In this document: piece by piece, positions 54,997 to 64,000 of the stretch
How the letters are laid out: the number at the start of each line of letters is the position of its first letter
How positions within the stretch are numbered: position 1 is the first letter of the stretch
Source: Octopus vulgaris
Lineage: Eukaryota
Length of the DNA: 64,000 nt
Direction of reading: 5' to 3'
NCBI GenBank assembly: GCA_951406725.2
Contig: OX597826.1
Coordinates: 37,634,001 to 37,698,000, forward strand
Program-made: the position numbers and the translations under genes
Notes under the pieces: generated by a model
Seen by the model: only the letters and a program-made list of their open reading frames with translations
Database searches by the model: none
What the model was told of the DNA's origin: nothing

Positions 54997-55527
54997 CTGT
55001 GGTGTAGCTATGCAATGTAGATGCGCCATCATTACGCTGTCTTAAAAAAACGTCTGAAACGAAGCCAAAACTGATGGCTGAGCCAGTGTGTTCCCCCTCC
55101 CCGCCGTCTACAGAGAGAGAGAGAGAGAGAGTGGGAAGGGAAAGATGGAGAATAACACAGAGCAAGAGAGAGAGAGTGTGTGTGTGTGTGTATGTGTAGT
55201 AGAGAATAAGACAGAAGCAGAGAAACATAGAAAAGAAATTATTCAATAATCTGTATCATTACCAAGAGATTTCTCCTTGAGTCTATTATATTGAAATATA
55301 ACTGTTCTATCTGCTGAAATAGAGACAAGAAACAATAGATTTCCCAGTTAGAATTATTTATATCTCAATTCTAGTGAAGTATATAAACAGTCAGTGAATT
55401 CGCTGAGTCGAAGAGCATGTCTTTGCGTATTCGTTACGATAATCTCCGCTCTTGGCTCAAATCTCACCTCCCTGATATCCACATTGCTTCTTTCCTAGGG
55501 TGTCTATTGTTTCCACTTTTTTCTATG

Positions 55528-55579
<52 letters not shown>

Positions 55580-56131
55580 GTCTCTCTCTCTCTCACTCAC
55601 TCCTCATTCCCACTACCGGTTTGATTATATGCTCTGTCATGGTCGCTATTCGCCGCATTCCTTTCTCAATAATGGAGGTGATAGAAGTGGTTTGAGCGAG
55701 TTACTAGAAAACTGATGTGTGTGTGTGAAACAGTTCTAATCCTGTCAACTGAATCGAATGCTGTTGCTTGGTGAACAATAAAAAGACCGAAACATGAGAG
55801 TCATAATCACCAGTAAGTATTATAGACAAGATCTACATTCATCTGTAGAATGACCAAATGTTTCGAGCAATTCGTTTTGTTTGGGTATCTCACTTGATTT
55901 TTTTTTCTAGATTTAAAACATCTGCAGAGAGAGATCTAAGGCAATGAAATTGCAGAACCGGTAGAGCGTCAGACAAAATTTCTTTCCCTTCATCTATTTA
56001 TTTATTTTGCTCTTAATTTTCTGAGTTCAAATCTTGTTGAGGTCGATAAAATACGATATCATTTCAAGCATTGAGTTCACAGGTTATTGGAATGTTGAAC
56101 AAAATACTTTACAATATTTATTCCATATCAA

Positions 56132-56316
56132 GGCGGCGAGCTGGCGAAATGTTTAGTGGTATCTCGTCTGTCTTTACGTTCTGAGTTCGTATTCCGCTGA
56201 GATCGACTTTGCCATTCATCTTTTCGGGGTTGATAAATTAAGTACCAGTTGCGTACTGGGGTTGATTTAATTGACCGCCCCCAAAATTTCGGCTTTGTGC
56301 CTAGGGTAGAAAAGAA
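56132..56316 (+). mobile_element. SINE family B with target-site duplication, inside an older related sequence
   Basis: Flanked by aatattttattccatatc / aatatttattctatatc. Confidence 0.8.
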
Positions 56317-57120
56317 TATTTATTCTATATCTTTATCTTCTGAATGTTGAAGCAGGTCTGTATCAACCAGAAAATACGGTGTCTTGTAGAACTAACCCAA
56401 ACAAATATCAAACGACTGCACAAAGAAAGACAATAAACCACGTCCGTATTCCCACATGGAAATTCCCCAACAAATACCTAGCACTTGTTAAGGATATTCC
56501 TAGCAGTGGGTTGCAATTTAATAGTACAGGAAAAAGAGACATTTTTTGTTTACGAATAAAATACATCATCTTTGATGGTTGAACTTTTGTTTGTCTTCAA
56601 ATTACTATCATACATAAATGAAATATTAACTTATTTGTAGGTCGCTGTGAACCTGTGTTCGCTGAAGGGTCTCGTTCGTATTGATTCCACCGTTTCTAAC
56701 CCACAACATGGCAAAGACTGGACACTGCGAGATGAAGATCAATCTAGAATTATAGACTGTTGCAATACACTTTTATTGTCGACTTATTTCTAATTCTGAT
56801 CTACTTCTGATGTCTACTTTTGTTTACCTCAGATGTCTATGTAGGCCTCAGATATCGATGTACGTCCATCTATGTTGTCCCCTTATAGCCATCTTGTGGC
56901 ATCTACTTACGGCTAAGTAAGCAGGTGCCACTCTCGATAAGTTCCTACTTAAGTGATCATGGCTACAGATGACTGTCGAAGGCAGAATACGAACCACCAA
57001 CTAGGCCCCGGAAATTTGAGATTCTTTTAGCTCTCAACCACTCAGTTAATTGCCACAAACAAATAAGTTAATATGTTTCTGATATTGAATAGAATTGGCT
57101 AATCTAATGCAGGTAACTTT

Positions 57121-57494
57121 GACTTGTTTTAGTCATTAGACTGCAACCATGCTGGTGCACTGCCTTCAAGAATCTTACTCAAATAGAACAACTTCAGTGC
57201 TATTTCTTAAACCTCTTGCTTATCCTGTCGGTATCTTTTGCCGAACAACTTGGTTAAGATGTAAATACACCAACACCGGTTGTCAATTGACGGTGGAAAA
57301 CACACACACACATACATATATATACACACACATACGACGGGCTTCTTTCAGTTTTCGCCTTCCAAATACACTCACAAGACTTTCGTTGGCCTGAGGCTAT
57401 AGCAGAGGGTACTTGTCCAAGGTGCCACGCAGTGGAACTGAACGCGGAACCATTTGGTTGAGAAGCAAACTTCTTACCACACAGCAACACCTGT
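57121..57494 (-). mobile_element. SINE family A, diverged
   Basis: Head, body and tail on the reverse strand. Confidence 0.82.
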
Positions 57495-57540
57495 AAATAT
57501 TTTAATATTTTAAATGAGCTTTTCTAAAAGAGCCAATAAT

Positions 57541-57891
57541 CATTTCTACTATAGACACAAGGTCTGAAATTGTTGGAAAGGGGACAAGTCGATTACAACT
57601 GGTTCTTAAGTTATCGAACCTGAAAGGTTGAAAGACAAAGTCGACCTCGGCGGAATTTGAACCCAGAACGTAGCGACGGGCGAAATACCTATTTCAAGGT
57701 GCTAAACTCAGAGAGGACAAACAAGGACAGACAAACAGATTAAGTCGATTATATCGACCCCAGTGCGTAACTGATACTTAATTTATCGACCCCGAAAGGA
57801 TGAAAGGCAAAGTCGACCTCGGCGTAAAAACAGACGAAATACGGCTACGCATTTCGCCCGGCGTGCTAACGTTTCTCCCAACTCGCCGCCT
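57541..57891 (-). mobile_element. SINE family B with internally repeated body and 19-bp target-site duplication
   Basis: Flanked by ttctaaaagagccaataat / ttctaaaggagccattaat; internal junction gaaataggtatttcg. Confidence 0.85.
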
Positions 57892-58752
57892 TCTAAAGGA
57901 GCCATTAATTTCAGCTGGCTACATAAGTAACTGCATTATATGATTGCTTTACTGGGTATTTTTTGCTTGCTTTATAAAAATAAACCTTGTTGGAAAGAAT
58001 AGATTTTGAAGAATACTAAATTATTTTTCTATGTAAGTTCCTTTATAACAGCATATATTTTTAACGTTAGGTTAGTTAGTGCAGCCATAGTTGGTGTAAA
58101 CTTACATTTATATTTAATTGCTGATAACAGATAGACTCGTGTGAAACAGCAACCAAATAGCGGAATATATAATAAATACTGCTTCCACGTCTGTTACTAT
58201 GCTGCTGCTATACATATATAGATATTCAGTCATATACCAGAAATATCAAACGGCTTTATCAACTTGACATCATACTTTCACCTTTCAATCTCCAACTCCC
58301 TAATGAGTACCATCCGCGTATTGTACTTCTTGTACTTGCTACTTAAGTGGCCTTTGAACCACGAAACTGCCTGATCTTGTTAGCAGTCCCGGCCAAGTTC
58401 GCCCGACTTCCTCGTCCCCACTCATTCTCCGCCCCCACAATGGGTGTCCGTCCGCGAACATCGACCCTCTGGAATTTTCTTATCGCTATTGTTATTCTTG
58501 TTGTCTTCAAATAGTAGCTGTTCAAGAGGAACATTAAGCGTTGGTCCCAATGCTCTCTCAGAATTTACCATTTCAAAAACAAAACTCACAAAAAAAACTT
58601 GATATACGATGAGAAATACTGCTTTTCGTTTAGTTTAAGTTGTTGCTGCACTGCTTATAGAATAATTCACAGAACTGTGTTAGGAACTGGACAATAACAA
58701 CAATAACCATGACCCAATGAGCCATAGCACAACAACAACAACTAATACTACT

Positions 58753-58950
58753 AAGAAGAAAAAGAAGATGATGAAGAAGAAGGAGAATAAGAAGAAGAAG
58801 AAGAAAAAGAAGAAGAAGAAGAAGAAGAAGAAGAAGGAGGAGGAGGGGGAGAAGAAGAAGAAGAAGAAGAAGGAAGAAGAGGAAGGAGAAGAAGAAGAAG
58901 AAGAAGAAGAAGAAGAAGAAGAAGAAGAAGAAGAAGAAGAAGAAGAAGAA
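58753..58950. repeat. (GAA)n-rich polypurine tract
   Basis: Seen directly. Confidence 0.95.
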
Positions 58951-59390
58951 TTTCCAGCCTCGACTCAAGGGTTCTTTAGTTTTAAAGTTTTAGTTCAGTG
59001 AGGCACAGTCAGAATTAGAACTTGGATCACCCAAACTAAATATCTTTATATAATGACTCTACTGTGTCTTTCATTCCCTTATTTTATTGTTGCTGCTGCT
59101 GTTGTGGTTGTTATTGTTCTTTTTCTCTTTCTTTATCATAAACTTTTCTTCTTTTTCATCTTATGATAAAAAAAATCAAATCGAATAAAATAACACGATA
59201 CATTATCATCATCCCACCAGCATCTCCACCCTCAGCCGCTTCATCATCATCCTCCTCATCATCATCCTCATCATCATTATCATCACTTTCCTTTTCTTTT
59301 TCGATCGTTGTCGTGGTCATTATATAATGTGCAAACTGAAGTGTAGCCTTGACTCCAGCAACTGCGATATGTTCTCTCAAACTGTCGACA

Positions 59391-59429
<39 letters not shown>

Positions 59430-59439
59430 CAGCAGCAGC

Positions 59440-59492
<53 letters not shown>

Positions 59493-59670
59493 CGGTGATG
59501 GTGGTGGTGAGGATGGTCATCGTCGTAGTGATGGTGTTGATGGTGATGCTGCTCGTGGTGGTGGTCGTCGTCGTCGTCGTCGTGACGGTGCTGGTTGTGG
59601 TGTGGTGGTGATGGTGGTAGAGATGGTGGTGGTGATGGTGGTGGTGATGGTGGTCGTCGTCGTCGTCGTA
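59391..59670. repeat. Compound (GTA)/(GCA)/(GTG)/(GTC) trinucleotide repeats
   Basis: Seen directly. Confidence 0.92.
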
Positions 59671-60669
59671 ATAGTGATGAAGCTGGAAGTAATAATAGCA
59701 GTGGAGATGGAAGAGGTAAGGTGGTAGATTTTTTAAAGTATATTTTTTATATATTTTCCTATTTATTTTTTCTTATTCATTATCGAACGATGAATGTTTT
59801 ATGAAAAAGACCAGGTGCAATGCAACAAACTAAGAGCCGTTCTTATCCAGAATTATCTCTTTCACAGCTGAAATTCTTCAAATATCTAACATTTTTATAT
59901 AGGATTTTTATATATTTTCCTTTGTTTTTTCTATTTCGAATATTTGTAATTTTTATATAATTTTTAATATTTTTCCAGGTAGGAGATGTTCATTTATTTC
60001 ACTTTACTATATTTTATTCATTGTTCCCCCACCACCACCACCACCACCACAGCCTCAGCATTATGCCACACCCTCACACCTCCAATCTTGCACGTCCGGT
60101 CTGGAGGTGGGGGCTGGCTCGTAGAATGCCCGGATTTATATTTAGCTTAAGCAGTTTGAGCAATTAAGATATGATACATGCCCAACTCATGGAGTGTTAT
60201 TATTTTAGTTCCATCCGTTGGGTTTTGGGGTTTTATGCTTTTCTTGGAACTTTTTTTTTTTTTTTGTTATATTTTGGGGCTGTTAAGTTTGAAAACAGAA
60301 TGGTTTTATTAAGAAAAAGATATTGCGGAAATCCTCCTTAACATCGTCGTCGTCATCATCAGCGTTGCCGTAGTCGCTGTCAGTGTTAATCATCATAATC
60401 ATTATCATCATCATCATCATTGTCTTCTTCGTTATTATCATCAGTACCACCACTATCATCATCGTTGTCGTCATAATCGTTGTTGTTTTCTTCATTAGCA
60501 TCATGACATCATCATCATCACCATCACCATCATCAACAACAATGAAATAATCATCGTCATCGTCGCTGTCGTTGTTGATTTTGTCATCATCATATATTAT
60601 CATAAATATATATATATATATAGATAGATAGATAGATATATAGATAGATAGATATACATATATATATAT

Positions 60670-60730
<61 letters not shown>

Positions 60731-60822
60731 CATATATGTATATATTCATATTTGTACATATATATTTATATTATATCTATATATTCATATATGTGCGTGA
60801 TTACATGCATATATGTATATAT

Positions 60823-60854
<32 letters not shown>

Positions 60855-60858
60855 TTAT

Positions 60859-60901
<43 letters not shown>

Positions 60902-60927
60902 CACAAAAATATACATATGTATATAGA

Positions 60928-61645
60928 TAATAATAAAGGGTAAAATTGATTAATTAATAATTTTACCAATCAGTGTTCAGTATGTAAAAGGACCATTTAC
61001 GGTAAATTTAAACATTACTTTATATAATTAGGGTTCAGCAAAAAAAAAAAAAAATTGCTTTACCACATACCGAACTTTTAGAAATAGCAGCCAAAGAATT
61101 TAGCTATTCCCTCTACTATAAGAAGAGTCTCCCAGAAAATATATGCTCAAAAGCAATTCACGTAGGCATAGAGGGTAAAATAACGAAAGTTCATTCGAAA
61201 TTTGATTACTTGTGAACGCGTTTCTGAGTTAGTTAGATATAGAGATGCTAGAAATATATCCCTACTCTAACATTCCCGTCATCAGCACAAAGATTTCATT
61301 AAATTTAAATTTGAGAGCACTAAAAATCGAACATACCCATCTGATTTGAGTAACCTCAGACAAACCACCCTCGACATCCAGTACTAACAAATTCAAAACA
61401 TACGAATGAGGCTCCGCATCCTCCCCTGTTCACCCACGTGAGTTATAGAGCAACGAATTCCTACAGAAGAATCTGTAGTTTATTATCAGGGAGAAAATTA
61501 TATTGTCAATAATAATAAAGGGTAAAATTAATTAATTAATAATTTTACAAAGCAGTGTTCATTATGTAAAAGGACCATTTACGGTAAATTTAAACATTAC
61601 TTTATATAATTAGGGTTCAGCAAAAAAGAAGAGCCTCATTCGTAT
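60928..61645 (-). mobile_element. Family E element: 582-nt unit with ~118-bp terminal direct repeat and a short terminal inversion
   Basis: 60928-61046 is repeated at 61510-61627; 61631-61645 is the reverse complement of 61400-61414; no ORF. Confidence 0.85.
61210..61290 (-). ncRNA. Type I hammerhead ribozyme
   Basis: ttgtg-CTGATGA-c ggg aat gttaga...tctaac taa ctc a-GAAA-cgcg-TT-cacaa. Confidence 0.82.
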
Positions 61646-62218
61646 CTCTGATCTGTTCTTCGTGTTTGGCTATACATATAAATTTCTTAAGCTGAACTTA
61701 GTAGGCAGTGGTTGCATACTCACACACATACACACACGCAGACTCACACATACACTCTCACACAGAAACCTATGTATATATGCCTATATACACGCATACA
61801 TGCACCCACCTAACATACACATACGTTCCCATACCTACGCGTATATACATACCTATATAGGCAACTATATATACATATATATGTATGTATAAGGAAACAC
61901 AACATGATCTCACTATGCAAACAAAGAATTGCATAATCAAATATCTGTATTCTTGGAGAAGAGCGCCGAAACAATTGTAGCGATTAATAAATAAATGTCC
62001 AACCATAATCCTTCTTCTTGACTCTAATTTCTTCAACTTTATATTCACACACAATTAACGCCCAAATTTCAACTTGGAAGCATACAATAATACTTCGGAT
62101 AGTACTGGGTAATTCTGAAGGTAGACGAGCTTTATACTATATTCTACCACATTCCTAACTGAAAATAACATAACTATAAATGGGGGTGAGCATGCATGTA
62201 TGTATCTACATACGCTTT

Positions 62219-62261
<43 letters not shown>

Positions 62262-62409
62262 CATATTGTTCAATGTCTAGCGAATCTTCCGCCTCACCTC
62301 TCCAAGTGTGTGATGTGTCTGTATGCTTGTATTTTTGTATGTGCCTATGTGTTTGTGTGCTTATGTGTGTGTACATAAAGCGACAAGTAGATACATTGCA
62401 AGATCGATC

Positions 62410-62506
<97 letters not shown>

Positions 62507-63063
62507 GTGACAAAATTATCAACTCGGTATGGTCATAAATTTGTATCTAGAAAACCTATGTAATATGACTACTAAAGATATCTTTAGATTCTGTGTTAAT
62601 ATTTCTTGTGGTTAAACCAAAACATCTTCAATAACTGGGAACCAGGATGGTTCCAATTGTTTTGTCTTTGTTAAAAATTATCAGGGATTGCTTATGTCAA
62701 CTGCTGCTATGAAGCTTATTGTGAATCATTTCAATAGACTCATTTACTCATAACCATGTTGTGATGATTACTTTAATTATTAAAGCCCGACAATCAATTC
62801 TATATCATGTACATATATTTACGCAATATGAAAATTTCTTGACGTTCTTTTTAAAATATGATTTTTTTCACTTAGGCGGTTGAAAAGTGAAGTTGGTGAT
62901 CTGTGGTAAATGGTATTCAACAGGAAACTTACAGAATGATTTTCACTCTCGGTTGATGAAATCATTGTGGTTTATGAACAGATTGTATTTTCATAGTATT
63001 TTCATATTGTATAAAAGATTTCGTATGTAATTTCAGTGGGTATATACATTCATACACACATAC

Positions 63064-63131
<68 letters not shown>

Positions 63132-63146
63132 GTGTGGCTGTGTCTG

Positions 63147-63214
<68 letters not shown>

Positions 63215-63394
63215 CAAGACTACAACTACTGCTTTTATATATATACCGGAATAAGCACATAAATAAGCACAGAATTTCATGCTCCCGTTTGTCGTCCGAG
63301 TAACAGTTTTCGGTATTTCTGCTGTTTTTTAATAAAGTATATATATACATATATATATATGACAATACCGCAGTATCGACCAGTGTTCGAATGA

Positions 63395-63566
63395 CGCCGT
63401 CACGCTGGCAACGCAGGAAAACCAACATTCCCTCTGGACTGGAGCACTATGGAATGAAGTGTTTTGCTGAAGAACCCAACGTGCAGCTGGTTTGGATATA
63501 GAAGTCCTGATCTCGCAATCGCGAGTGCATCATCCTCACCGCAAGGCTCGAGTCCACGCGCCTTCA
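63395..63566 (-). mobile_element. Third tRNA-derived SINE head, diverged
   Basis: Reverse complement ggcgcgtgg...gcggtgaggatgatgcactcgcgattgcgag...cagcaaaacacttcatt...gctccagtcca. Confidence 0.6.
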
Positions 63567-63794
63567 GTTTGTGCATGTGTGTATGTGTGTGTGTGCGTGT
63601 GTGGTGGGGCTGATGAGGTGTAAGAATCTTCAAAATATCAGACACTTAGCACCATTTTTTCTGGCATTCGACTTTCCGAGTTCCTGTTCCGTTGATGTCG
63701 ACTTTACATTTCATCTTGTTGGTGTCGATAAAATAAAGTGCCACCCAAGTATTAAGCCGCATGTAATCGACTTCCCTAACCAGGTCATACTCTA

Positions 63795-63838
63795 ATTATT
63801 GTTATTAGTATTATCATTATTATCATTATTATTATTAC

Positions 63839-63884
<46 letters not shown>

Positions 63885-63950
63885 TATTATTTTATTGTTA
63901 TGATCATTATTATTATTATGTTATTATCATTATTATCATTATTATTATTG

Positions 63951-63997
<47 letters not shown>

Positions 63998-64000
63998 TGT
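63795..64000. repeat. Imperfect (TTA)n
   Basis: Seen directly. Confidence 0.95.

Noticed and set aside
55793-56700. ATG exon with donor GTAAGT (~55813) spliced to acceptor TTTGTAG (56640)
   Set aside because: The joined frame stops after ~20 codons and has no other support.
58340-58560. GC-richer island with a GC box (ctccgccccc) as promoter or exon
   Set aside because: A single short motif with no coherent ORF or linked gene.
60025-60124. Poly-Pro frame PPPPPPPPQPQHYATPSH...* as a terminal exon
   Set aside because: Driven by a (CCA)n repeat; no upstream exons identified.

Overview
Very AT-rich, microsatellite-saturated eukaryotic DNA. The repeat families look like those of an octopus genome (inference from recalled SINE sequences). 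There is a 100-N gap at 21600-21699 and no host protein-coding gene I can identify; nearly all ORF-track entries are translated microsatellites. Recognisable content: many copies of two tRNA-derived SINE families; decayed fragments of Gypsy, RTE, CR1, R4/Dong, HERO and Tx1/L1 retroelements; two Tc1/mariner transposase relics; and a mariner MITE. The main signal is a dense, diverse set of type I hammerhead ribozyme (HHR) motifs, found by eye on both strands: about a dozen with an intact CUGANGA...GAAA...UH core and about 15 variant or decayed ones. Most have tiny palindromic stem III helices of the dimer-cleaving, Penelope-associated type. They sit in short ORF-less elements with inverted or partial-tandem terminal repeats, usually next to (TA)n. 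Seven lie within 32.1-34.45 kb. One element (34018-34450) joins a tRNA-like Pol III head, an (AAT)n tract and a hammerhead in a 317-nt head-to-tail unit, making it a candidate SINE/retrozyme hybrid. Ribozyme activity is inferred, not shown.
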